Assembly (NCBI GenBank): GCA_028716525.1
Contig: JAQUPQ010000014.1
Coordinates: 14,544-78,543 of the forward strand
Reading direction: 5' to 3'
Length of the DNA stretch: 64,000 nucleotides
Source: Terriglobia bacterium
GTDB lineage: Bacteria > Acidobacteriota > Terriglobia > JAIQFV01
Shown here: one piece after another, positions 8,737 to 16,836 of the stretch
Layout: every line of letters starts with the position of its first letter
Position numbering within the stretch: position 1 is the first letter of the stretch
Made by a program: the position numbers and the translations under genes
Notes under the pieces: model-generated
What the model was told of the DNA's origin: nothing
The model's database searches: none
What the model saw: only the letters and a program-made list of their open reading frames with translations

Positions 8737-9204
8737 ATGAGACTGCTCGTAGTCATCCTAAGTGGCTTGGTGTTGGCAGCTGCTCTTTGTACAGGCGAGG
8801 CTTCCAGCGCATCGAGCGCGGTAGTCAACCCTGTCGAAGAAACCCTTATCCAGATCGAGCACGACTGGGGAAACGCGCTGCTTAAGGCTGATGTAGCTGC
8901 GTGGAGCCGTTATCTGGGCGATGACTGGGTCCTTACGTATTCCGACGGCACGCTCGTAACTAAGCCAATGGCTCTGGCTGATCTTAAGAAGGGAGCGCTC
9001 AAGATCGAGTCTTTCCAGCTCGATGACGTGAAGGTGCGCGTGTACGGCGACGCCGCAGTCGTGACGGGTCAGATTACGGAGAAGAGCAAATTCCAGGACA
9101 AGGACACGAGCGGTGTGCGCCGCTTTACCGACGTGTTCGTGAAGCGCGCCGGCCGCTGGCAGGCTGTCGCCTCGCACGAGAGCGACGTTTCAGCAGCGAA
9201 GTAG
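8737..9204 (+). CDS. Secreted NTF2-like protein (DUF4440/SnoaL-like fold).
   Basis: It has a signal peptide and an NTF2-like pattern (IQIEHDWGNALLKADVAAWSRYLGDDWVLTYSDGTL...VYGDAAVVTGQ...RRFTDVFVKRAGRWQAVASHES). Confidence 0.6.
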   Translation: MRLLVVILSGLVLAAALCTGEASSASSAVVNPVEETLIQIEHDWGNALLKADVAAWSRYLGDDWVLTYSDGTLVTKPMALADLKKGALKIESFQLDDVKVRVYGDAAVVTGQITEKSKFQDKDTSGVRRFTDVFVKRAGRWQAVASHESDVSAAK

Positions 9205-9368
9205 TTGATTTATGTTCCTTGGAGCATGGCCCAACCATCCGGTGGAGCCAACCGTCGCCCCGCATGCACAGGTGACCGAGTCAGTGACCGGTTTGGGGAC
9301 GTCGGTGGCTCACCGGTTTCGTTAGCCCGCCAATAGAACTCGAGAAATCCCGATCAGGGGAAGCCCAT

Positions 9369-9868
9369 ATGAACACCGAACTGAAGAAGCGCGATCTCGT
9401 CGTTACCCGGGTCTTCAACGCTCCGGTCAAGCAGCTATGGAAGGCCTGGAGCGATCCCGAGCTCGTGAGGCGCTGGTGTATATGAATCGCTTCATCGGCA
9501 CGATCTTCTCGTAGGTCCAGGTGTTAAACATGTCTTGACCACCCAAGAATTCCTTTGGCGCGCGCATACAAACAAGAGATGTCCCGCCCTCGCGGAAATC
9601 CATCATGGCAATAGGGCAAGCAAAGCCCACTGGCTACATCCTTCGGTTCGCCGACAAGGACGGCAATCCAATGGACCCCGTCAAGCAGGGATTATCGGCG
9701 GATATCCCAAAGGAAATGCGTCATGAAGTCACTTTCAGGGAACTCGGCAACGATAAGTCGGAAGTTACAGTGACCAAATATGGCTGGACGGTTGGTCCAA
9801 TGATGGAGATGTCCAAAATGGGCTTGGAGCAGTGCCTGGATAAGATGGCTGCGCTCTTTGCCAAATAA
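9369..9868 (+). pseudogene. SRPBCC/AHSA1-family gene disrupted by an internal inversion. The N- and C-terminal thirds are on the plus strand and the middle third is encoded on the minus strand.
   Basis: The plus strand from 9369 reads MNTELKKRDLVVTRVFNAPVKQLWKAWSDPELVRRWC and then stops. The minus strand across about 9487-9630 encodes GFACPIAMMDFREGGTSLVCMRAPKEFLGGQDMFNTWTYEKIVPMKRFIY. The plus strand across 9605-9868 encodes ...YILRFADKDGNPMDPV...VTFRELGNDKSEVTVTKYGWTV...QCLDKMAALFAK. Together these read as one collinear SRPBCC protein if the middle segment is flipped. Confidence 0.65.
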
Positions 9869-10289
9869 TGAACGGTCGGGGACATAGGCAACAAAAGAGT
9901 CTTGGGAGATGGGTTACACTTGATTCTTTTTCTTATGACGCCAGAGGCTGCTGTAAGCATCCTCGCCGACGCCCTGCGCGATGGAGACTTTATCCGCTCC
10001 CACCTTTGAAGGGTGGCTGAAGAACAATCTTGTGGAGTGCGGTCCGCCGCGGCGGAACGCCGCTTTGGATTCTCGCATCGAAAGAGAGCATGGGAAGATG
10101 AGATGACCGAGGCATAGGGGGTGCAATCCTCTTCCAAAGCCCCGACAGGTCGGGGCACTCCAAATTTAAACATCGTTTTCCTAATCTCACCGGGAACGCG
10201 CAAGAGTTGATATATTTCAAGATCGAACTCCGATGAAATCGGAGCGGAGGAGTCAAGCCGCGTCCGATCTTGACGAGTCGGGGGAAGAG

Positions 10290-10570
10290 CAAGGTACGCA
10301 GCGGCGAAAGCACCCGTGCCCGCTCAAGCCCGGCGAATCACCATCAAAGTCATGTCGTCGGCGTCGAAATCCGCGCTGCGGAATTTTGTCCAATCGTCGA
10401 GAATCGTCCGAATCATCAGTGACGGCGCGGCGCTTGAATTCCGTCCAACCAGATCGATCTGCCGTTCCGTTCCGTAAGGACGGCCCGCATCATCTTCCAT
10501 CTCCGTCAGTAAAGAGAATCAGGCCGTCGCCGGGTTGCAGCCTGCCAGGACTTGGTGATGGTCCGAAGAG
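10290..10570 (-). pseudogene. Frameshifted 3' fragment of a PP2C/SpoIIE-type phosphatase gene. It is a paralog of the gene at 11429..12424.
   Basis: The DNA is clearly similar to 11440-11660. The minus-strand frames give ...RLQPGDGLILFTDG, then a frameshift, then LTEMEDDAGRPYGTERQIDLVGRNSSAAP...DDMTLMVIRRA. The N-terminal two-thirds are absent. Confidence 0.6.
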
Positions 10571-10625
10571 CTAAGTTGAGCATTGATGATTTGACGCCTG
10601 GTATGAAAAGTGTTATACTAAAAGT

Positions 10626-10862
10626 ATGAAAACAGCTATCTCCATACCGGACAAAGTTTTTCGTTCTGCGGATTCCCTGGCCAAGCGTCTCGGCGTATCC
10701 CGGAGTAAGTTGTACGCAACCGCCGTAGCCGATTTCTTGTCCAGGTACCAAGGTCGACAAGTAAAGGAACGCCTTGACGCAATATATGGCAAGGAGGAAT
10801 CCACACTCGATTCGGGGCTAGTCAAACTTCAGGTGAAATCTTTTCCGCATGAGGAGTGGTGA
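10626..10862 (+). CDS. Type II antitoxin, partner of the MazF/PemK toxin. It is a small DNA-binding protein.
   Basis: It is 78 aa long (MKTAISIPDKVFRSADSLAKRLGVSRSKLYATAVADFLS...). Its stop overlaps the toxin ATG, as in TGATGG. Confidence 0.6.
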   Translation: MKTAISIPDKVFRSADSLAKRLGVSRSKLYATAVADFLSRYQGRQVKERLDAIYGKEESTLDSGLVKLQVKSFPHEEW

Positions 10863-11200
10863 TGGAAAGAGGCACGGTGTGGTGGGCGGAGCTCCCCGAT
10901 CCCGTTGCATCGGAACCTGGTTTTCGACGTCCCGTTGTGATTGTTTCTTCCGATGTGTTCAATCGGAGTCGCATACGAACTATAGTCGCCGTTGTGATCA
11001 CTTCGAATCTCCGGCTCGCTGAAGCTCCTGGTAACGTGCAGATTGCCGCAGCCGACTCGGGTCTTCCCAAGGATTCTGTGGCAAACATATCGCAGGTTAT
11101 CACCATAGATAAGAGCTTCCTCACCAAACGTTGCGGTCGATTGCCGCCATCGCTTTTGAAGACGCTTGATCAGGGATTGCGGCTGGTTCTGTCTTTGTAA
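10862..11200 (+). CDS. MazF/PemK-family endoribonuclease toxin.
   Basis: The sequence reads MERGTVWWAELPDPVASEPGFRRPVVIVSSDVFNRSRIRTIVAVVITSNLRLAEAPGNVQI...GLPKDSVANISQVITIDKSFL, which is the canonical PemK/MazF pattern. Confidence 0.85.
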   Translation: MERGTVWWAELPDPVASEPGFRRPVVIVSSDVFNRSRIRTIVAVVITSNLRLAEAPGNVQIAAADSGLPKDSVANISQVITIDKSFLTKRCGRLPPSLLKTLDQGLRLVLSL

Positions 11201-11428
11201 AGTCCCAGCAGCCCAGCAACTGTTTGCAGCCGATCCGCCTCGGGGATCCCCCGCAGGGGACGCAAGCGCGCAAGCGCCCGCGCTTCAGCGGGCTGCCGGG
11301 TGGTGCGCCGCGGCTGGAGCGCAACCGATGGGTTTGTTAGTTCCACCACACGTGGCTGGTTCGTTCTTTTTGCCGCCTTCCTGGACTGACACCAAGACTA
11401 TTCCGACGAAGGACCGCCCGTGGGGCTT

Positions 11429-12424
11429 TTACTGGCGACTAGAGGAATCCCCTTTTCTCCGTATTGCCATGAGCGTCATGTCATCGACCTTGAAACCGGG
11501 GCCACGGAATTTTGTCCAATCGTCGAGAATCGTCCTGACCATCACTTGCGGAGCAGCACTGGAATTATTCCGAACCAATTCGATCAACCGTTCAGTTCCG
11601 TAAGGACGGCCCGATTCATCTTCCATTTCCGTAAGGCCGTCGGTGAAAAGGACCAGGCTGTTGCCGGGTTGTAAACGAACGGATTTCTCGAGAAATTTTT
11701 CATTGCAAAAAAGCCCGATCGGCAGACCGGTGGCTTCCAGGGGGATAATGGAATCCCCTTGCACGAGCAGCGCCGGGTGATGGCCGGCGTTACAAAGCTC
11801 AACGGTTCCGGAGCGATGCGCCCGGCCACACACCAGGGTGGCGAAGTGAGTGGGCAGCGTGCTTTCGCAAAAGCCGCGGCTGGCGCGTTCCACTGCCTGA
11901 GTCAGAGGCAAACCCAGCGCGGTGAGTGTGCGCAACATGGCATGAAGTTGGCCCATCAACATGGAAGCAGCCAAGCCCTTGCCTGAAACGTCGCCCAACA
12001 TGAAACTGACGGTATCTTCCGATGAAGTTAGGACGTCGCAATAGTCTCCGCTCACCAAACCGGCCGGGGCATAATGGTGGGCGATTACCCAACCGGCGTG
12101 CTCCACCAAAGGTTTCGGAAGCATTTCCTTTTGAATCTGGGCGGCTAACTGCAAATCTTCTTCCAGATCGTGTTGTTGACCGGGCGTCAAGTGTGCAAGA
12201 CATAACCGCGCCAAAGGATCGGCTAACAAGCGGTCTTTCTCGATGGGTTCGTGACATACATCGCACAGTCCATAATCGCCCTTGTCCATGTGTCCCAAGG
12301 CGTGATCGACGCTCGCCAATAGATCTTGAATTTGCGACATATCCATGGAATTTTTCTGAACGATCTCAAGGCGGCTGCGGCGATCCAGAAGTTCGTTTCG
12401 GAGCATGTCGTTGGGGGTGCTCAT
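11429..12424 (-). CDS. PP2C-type (SpoIIE/RsbU-like) serine phosphatase with an N-terminal Cys-rich zinc-ribbon-like segment.
   Basis: It carries the PP2C motifs (GDYCDVL, GDVSGKGLAASMLMGQL, ELCNAGHHPALL, LVLFTDGLTE). The N-terminus contains CDVCHEP...RLCLAH. Confidence 0.8.
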   Translation of the reverse strand: MSTPNDMLRNELLDRRSRLEIVQKNSMDMSQIQDLLASVDHALGHMDKGDYGLCDVCHEPIEKDRLLADPLARLCLAHLTPGQQHDLEEDLQLAAQIQKEMLPKPLVEHAGWVIAHHYAPAGLVSGDYCDVLTSSEDTVSFMLGDVSGKGLAASMLMGQLHAMLRTLTALGLPLTQAVERASRGFCESTLPTHFATLVCGRAHRSGTVELCNAGHHPALLVQGDSIIPLEATGLPIGLFCNEKFLEKSVRLQPGNSLVLFTDGLTEMEDESGRPYGTERLIELVRNNSSAAPQVMVRTILDDWTKFRGPGFKVDDMTLMAIRRKGDSSSRQ

Positions 12425-12594
12425 GTTTGGTAACTCCTGTCGAAAGCCTGTTTTATTCCTCGGCTGAGTAAAAGTAGAATGTTAAAGGCAATAGTAAAAC
12501 ACTCTCGTTATGCACAAGCTATCATATTGTCCCGGCGTTGTGTCTATCCGACTATTTTACTGAATTTTTTCAGATAAGGGTTCAAGTCTATGTC

Positions 12595-12906
12595 GCTCCC
12601 TGCGGGAGCTCGTTGTTGTAGGGTCGTCAGGGTCCTGAGGCTTACGCCTCAGGCTACGACTATTTCATCCCCCAATGGGGGATTTCATTTTCGTGAAAAT
12701 TTCTAATTGTGCTGAGAAAGAACGCACAGGGATATAAGAATGTTTTATCTTCCGGGGAGGAGATTCAACACAGAGGACATCGAAGTTACACAGTGAATTC
12801 CCCGGTTTTTTCCGAGGCAGTTGCTCATGCCCCGATGGATCGGGGCACCCAGGAGAATGAAAATCGTTCTGGAAGCCGGGATGCTCCGCTTTTTGGAGCA
12901 TCCCGG
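12595..12906. repeat. Cluster of GC-rich hairpin modules: GCTCCCTGCGGGAGC, CCTGAGGCTTACGCCTCAGG, CATCCCCCAATGGGGGAT(TTCAT), CCCCGATGGATCGGGG and CCGGGATGCTCCGCTTTTTGGAGCATCCCGG.
   Basis: The modules are shared nearly verbatim with 46.4-46.55 kb and 49.2-49.3 kb. Confidence 0.6.
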
Positions 12907-13114
12907 ATGTGCCATCGAATGCACGGTTGTAATCTTACAGCCCGCCTTGGCGGACGAAAGAAAACGATCGATGGGGTCATGGTTGTTTTTGGTCCAGCCC
13001 ACCCGGGCTTGAAGAAGGATCACACGCTCTGGCCTTCGTTGTCCGCTTCGTGGGATACTTCTAAAATATCTTGGCGGTCAAGGGCGCGCTCCTGCAATTG
13101 GAACGCGTGAATCC

Positions 13115-13693
13115 TTGTGTAGTGTGGTCTTCTCTGATGGAGACAGTTGGACCGTGCGGAAGGAGGGGACGTCTGTGGAACTCGTTTTGGATCGGTGCAT
13201 TATCCGCAGCTGGCAGTTGACGGATGCGGGATCGGTGGCCAAACAAGCCAATAGTCGCAAGATCTGGCGGAATGTCCGGGATGCGTTTCCATTTCCTTAC
13301 ACCATCGGCAATGCCAAGGAATGGATACGAATAGCACGGGCGGATGTGCCGGAGACCCACTTTGCCATTGAAGTGCATCGCGAAGCGGTGGGCGGTATCG
13401 GCGTCCGATTGAAGGAAGACGTGTATCGCTGCACCGCCGAGATCGGCTATTGGTTGGGAGAATCCTACTGGGGTCAGGGTATCGTCACAGAGGCAGTGCG
13501 CGCCCTCACCGATTTCGCGTTTGCCAACCTTGGCGTATGGCGGGTGTATGCCGACGTGTTTGAATGGAACCCGGCTTCCATGCGGGTGCTCGAAAAAGCC
13601 GGCTACATTTGTGAAGGCCGCCTGCGCAAAAATGTCATCAAAGATGGGCAGGTGATCGACGCCCTTTTGTACGCCAAGGTTCGGGAAAGCTAG
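13115..13693 (+). CDS. GNAT-family N-acetyltransferase (RimJ/RimL-like).
   Basis: It has the acetyl-CoA binding motif region (IGYWLGESYWGQGIVTEAVRALTDFAFANLGVWRVYADVFEWNPASMRVLEKAGYICEGRLR). Confidence 0.75.
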   Translation: MCSVVFSDGDSWTVRKEGTSVELVLDRCIIRSWQLTDAGSVAKQANSRKIWRNVRDAFPFPYTIGNAKEWIRIARADVPETHFAIEVHREAVGGIGVRLKEDVYRCTAEIGYWLGESYWGQGIVTEAVRALTDFAFANLGVWRVYADVFEWNPASMRVLEKAGYICEGRLRKNVIKDGQVIDALLYAKVRES

Positions 13694-14035
13694 GTGAAGA
13701 CCATGTCATTTGAAAAAATCGCAGAGCAGAAGATCCGCGAAGCCATGGAGAACGGGGAATTTGATAATCTTCCGGGGCGGGGCCAACCGTTGGATTTGGA
13801 ATCCTATTTCGCCCTGCCCGAAGATTTGAGGATGGCCTACTCCATTCTCAAGAACGCCAACGTGCTGCCGCCCGAGGTGGAATTGTTGAAGGAAATTAAT
13901 TCCCTGAGAGAAAAATCGGCGAAGTGCCCGGACAAAACCAAGCGTCATGACCTGGAGAAACAGCTGGCGGACCGTCAGTTGAAATTGGATTTGCTGGTCG
14001 AACATTATCGGCGCAAGCAGAGACCTGCCGGCTGA
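13694..14035 (+). CDS. DUF1992 (DnaJ-associated, DNAJC28-like) domain protein.
   Basis: It carries the DUF1992 signature (IAEQKIREAMENGEFDNLPGRGQPLDLESY...EDLRMAYSILKNANVLPPEVELLKEI). The GTG at 13694 abuts the GNAT stop, and an alternative ATG is at 13703. Confidence 0.65.
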   Translation: MKTMSFEKIAEQKIREAMENGEFDNLPGRGQPLDLESYFALPEDLRMAYSILKNANVLPPEVELLKEINSLREKSAKCPDKTKRHDLEKQLADRQLKLDLLVEHYRRKQRPAG

Positions 14036-14100
14036 CGGCGGTCGCGATCTTAAACATCGATACCTGTTTCAAGAAATCACTAAATCGGAGAATTGCATTT

Positions 14101-15069
14101 ATGAAGGCGATTCAAATTAAGAAAACCGGCGGTTCTGAGGTTCTGGAATATGGCGAAGTCAGCAATCCCTTGCCGGGGGCAGGCGAAGCCCTGGTGAAGA
14201 TTGAAGCCATTGGAGTGAATTTTATCGATGTGTACCACCGCACGGGGCTTTATCCGCTGCCCCTGCCTTTTACGCCCGGCTCGGAAGCGGCCGGTCGCGT
14301 GGCCGCCGTCGGACCGGGTGTGACCGAAGTAAAAGAAGGCGACCGCGTGGCTTACGCCATGGCCCGCGGCGCCTATGCGGAATATGCCTGTGTGCCGGTA
14401 AGGCAGCTGGTAACGGTTCCCAATGAAATTGATTCGCGGACCGCCGCGGCCACCATGCTTCAGGGCATGACGGCACATTACCTGTTGAAGTCGACGTATC
14501 CCGTGAAATCAGGCGAGACACTTTTGATTCATGCCGCAGCCGGAGGGGTGGGCTTGCTGGTGTGCCAAATAGGAAAAAAGTTGGGGGCGCGTGTTATTGG
14601 AACCACATCCACGGCGGAGAAAGCCGCCTTGGCGCGTCAAGCCGGCGCCGATGAGGTGATTCTTTACTCCACACAGGATTTTGAATCGGAAGTGAAGCGT
14701 CTTACCGATGGCAAAGGAGTTCAGGTGGTTTATGACTCCGTGGGTCGCGATACCTATCTCAAAAGTCTAAACTGTCTGGCGCCCCGGGGAATGCTGGTGA
14801 TGTTCGGTCAGTCCAGCGGCGCCGTGGGATCGTTCGATCCGCTGCTTCTCTCGCAACATGGTTCCCTGTTTCTGACACGGCCTTCGCTGGCTCATTACAC
14901 CGCCAATGCGGAAGAGTTGCGCTGGCGCGCCGGCGAGCTTTTTGAATGGATCAAATCAGGGGCTCTAAAAATCAGGATCGATCGCACTTATCCGCTGCGC
15001 GATGCCGCTCAGGCCCATCGCGATTTGGAGGCGCGAAAAACTGCGGGGAAGGTGTTGTTGATTCCGTAA
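14101..15069 (+). CDS. qor: NADPH:quinone oxidoreductase (zeta-crystallin/MDR family).
   Basis: The sequence reads MKAIQIKKTGGSEVLEYGEVSNPLPGAGEALVKIEAIGVNFIDVYHRTGLYPLP and includes the Rossmann motif AAAGGVGLLVCQIGK. Confidence 0.8.
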   Translation: MKAIQIKKTGGSEVLEYGEVSNPLPGAGEALVKIEAIGVNFIDVYHRTGLYPLPLPFTPGSEAAGRVAAVGPGVTEVKEGDRVAYAMARGAYAEYACVPVRQLVTVPNEIDSRTAAATMLQGMTAHYLLKSTYPVKSGETLLIHAAAGGVGLLVCQIGKKLGARVIGTTSTAEKAALARQAGADEVILYSTQDFESEVKRLTDGKGVQVVYDSVGRDTYLKSLNCLAPRGMLVMFGQSSGAVGSFDPLLLSQHGSLFLTRPSLAHYTANAEELRWRAGELFEWIKSGALKIRIDRTYPLRDAAQAHRDLEARKTAGKVLLIP

Positions 15070-15201
15070 GGAGTCACCCTCTCTCCATCGGAAGCAAGTG
15101 CCAACGCGAGTAATTCAGGACGATTTTTGATTTGCATTAAGGACGACATGTGAAGGAGCTCTGGTAGCCCCGGCCGTTCTCTAGTGCGGGAATCATAAAA
15201 A

Positions 15202-15261
15202 GGGGACAGACACCTCAAATTCTTCGACGCGCACTGTCGACAGCGGTTGGTGTCTGTCCCC
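15202..15261 (-). terminator. Hairpin with a 13-bp stem (GGGGACAGACACC ... GGTGTCTGTCCCC), immediately downstream of the outer-membrane gene stop and followed by a T-run on the minus strand.
   Basis: The inverted repeat is read directly. It lies between convergent genes (the qor end at 15069 and the outer-membrane gene stop at 15265). The stem sequence is shared with the repeat at 50601-50699. Confidence 0.5.
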
Positions 15262-15264
15262 TTC

Positions 15265-16116
15265 TTAAAAATCAAATCGGCGCCCCACGATCCATTTGAC
15301 CACCCAATGTTCGCTGCTGCCGGTCAGGCCGCGGCCCACTCCAAAATTCAATTCCCAGTCGGGCGAGACGTTGAGGTCCAAGGTCGGAAAAATCAGGTGA
15401 TGCTGATCGTGCAGCGTGTCGAAATGCGCGATGGGACCGGTTTCAGCATAGTATTCAAATCCGGGCGCAATTTTCTTGGTCAGGTTGTAGGAAAGTTTGA
15501 CGCCGGGTTCCATACCGAAGCCGTGATGCGCATCCACTCCGCGAAATGACTTCGTCAGATCGGGGTTCATGGAGAAATACCAGTTGCCGATTCCCTTTTC
15601 GATGATGGGGCGGATTTCCAAAGTAATGGTGTTGGGGTCGAATTGATGCTTATTGAATCCCACCTCCGTGCTGACGCTGAAACGAAAGGGAAGATGCCAT
15701 TCCTCGGGCGCTTTCCAGCGCGGACGCACGCGAGCCCCGGCAAACTTCGGCCCCACGTTCGGCACATAAGGCGCCGTCACCAGATACCCCGCCAGTTCCC
15801 AGTCTTTCGTCAACCCGTGCGTGACTTCCATGGTCGTGTGGAACTGATGGTTGTTGGGAAACAAACCACTCTCAGTGTTTTTTGTTCCCACGGGATAAAA
15901 ATTCATGTGAAGCTCGATCATGGTGTGATGCGGCTCCACGGTGTCGTAGGGATACACTTGAATTTCAAAAAGATCTTGAGCGCAAAGCCGGGAGGTGAAG
16001 GGCAAAAGCAGGAAGATCAATAGGCCTGCAAGGAAACCAAATCGCCTGCGAAATGCAGCAGGCCCCTGAGGGGAGTGAGCTGCGCGACCGGGGAAACCCG
16101 CGACAGTAGGCGCCAA
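15265..16116 (-). CDS. Putative outer-membrane beta-barrel protein (transporter/MetA-pathway-like family).
   Basis: It has a signal peptide and a periodic amphipathic strand pattern, and ends in ...VGRRFDF with an aromatic C-terminus. I recognise no catalytic motif. Confidence 0.45.
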   Translation of the reverse strand: MAPTVAGFPGRAAHSPQGPAAFRRRFGFLAGLLIFLLLPFTSRLCAQDLFEIQVYPYDTVEPHHTMIELHMNFYPVGTKNTESGLFPNNHQFHTTMEVTHGLTKDWELAGYLVTAPYVPNVGPKFAGARVRPRWKAPEEWHLPFRFSVSTEVGFNKHQFDPNTITLEIRPIIEKGIGNWYFSMNPDLTKSFRGVDAHHGFGMEPGVKLSYNLTKKIAPGFEYYAETGPIAHFDTLHDQHHLIFPTLDLNVSPDWELNFGVGRGLTGSSEHWVVKWIVGRRFDF

Positions 16117-16437
16117 AAGTTCCCCTCGATTTATCGTGTTCCGATACTTCAGCAGGAAATCCTCAGATGTGCAAGTGGCCGGGGACAGAAATTACAAGAT
16201 TTTGAAAAAGCGGGTCTGCCTTCTGCCTCGAAAAGAGCAGAGGTTTCTGTCGCCCCTGACGGGGCTGGGCGACAAAATCCTCCACCCACCCCACCCTTGC
16301 TCCACGAAAAGCGTGGAGCTTCGGGCGGGGCTAGATTCTGGTTGGCCCTCCGGGCCTCGAATGGAGCGACCCGGTGATTTTCATGTTCTTGGATGCGACA
16401 GTGGCATATGAGGAACTGCTCCGATAATAGGCGGTGC

Positions 16438-16475
16438 TTTGGTAGCCACCCCGATATATCGGGGTGGCTACCAAA
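16438..16475. repeat. Perfect 38-bp palindrome TTTGGTAGCCACCCCGATATATCGGGGTGGCTACCAAA in the divergent intergenic region between the outer-membrane gene and the first MacB-like gene.
   Basis: It is read directly; the two half-sites are exact reverse complements. It also explains the mirror-image peptide GSHPDISGWLP seen in both-strand ORFs of the track. Confidence 0.55.
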
Positions 16476-16836
16476 TCCTTCCTTTTTCACGATCCTGGGT
16501 GTGACCCGGGCCTACGCCACGCTGGCCTTGAGGAAATTTGTATACTCCGTGAACGATGAATACTCTTTTTCCGAATCTGAAACCCAGAGATTCCGCTAGT
16601 GGACACTTTCGAAAAATGCGCGGGATAGTTTCTTGATGGATCCTCTTTAATTTCAATAGATAACTTAATCTGGAAATGGCGATTCAGTTGCCAGGAAGTG
16701 TAATTGAAAATGTGGGCGGTGGTGTAAGTAAGGCTCGAGTTTGGAATCCAAAATATTTCAGGATCCGATCCCTCATTGCAGGTGAGGGTTGGAATGTTGG
16801 ACTGAAGCATTTCGCTGAGAAAGGTGGAATCAGTCG

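Noticed and set aside
9427-9630. Minus-strand 67-aa ORF treated as an independent gene.
   Set aside because: Its sequence is the missing middle portion of the flanking plus-strand SRPBCC gene. It is better explained as an inverted internal segment, that is a pseudogene, than as a separate gene.
9721-10203. 160-aa, 70-aa and 107-aa minus-strand ORFs between the SRPBCC pseudogene and the PP2C fragment.
   Set aside because: The translations are Arg/Ser/Pro-rich and lack motifs. They overlap one another in different frames. The region is probably decayed or non-coding sequence of the islet.
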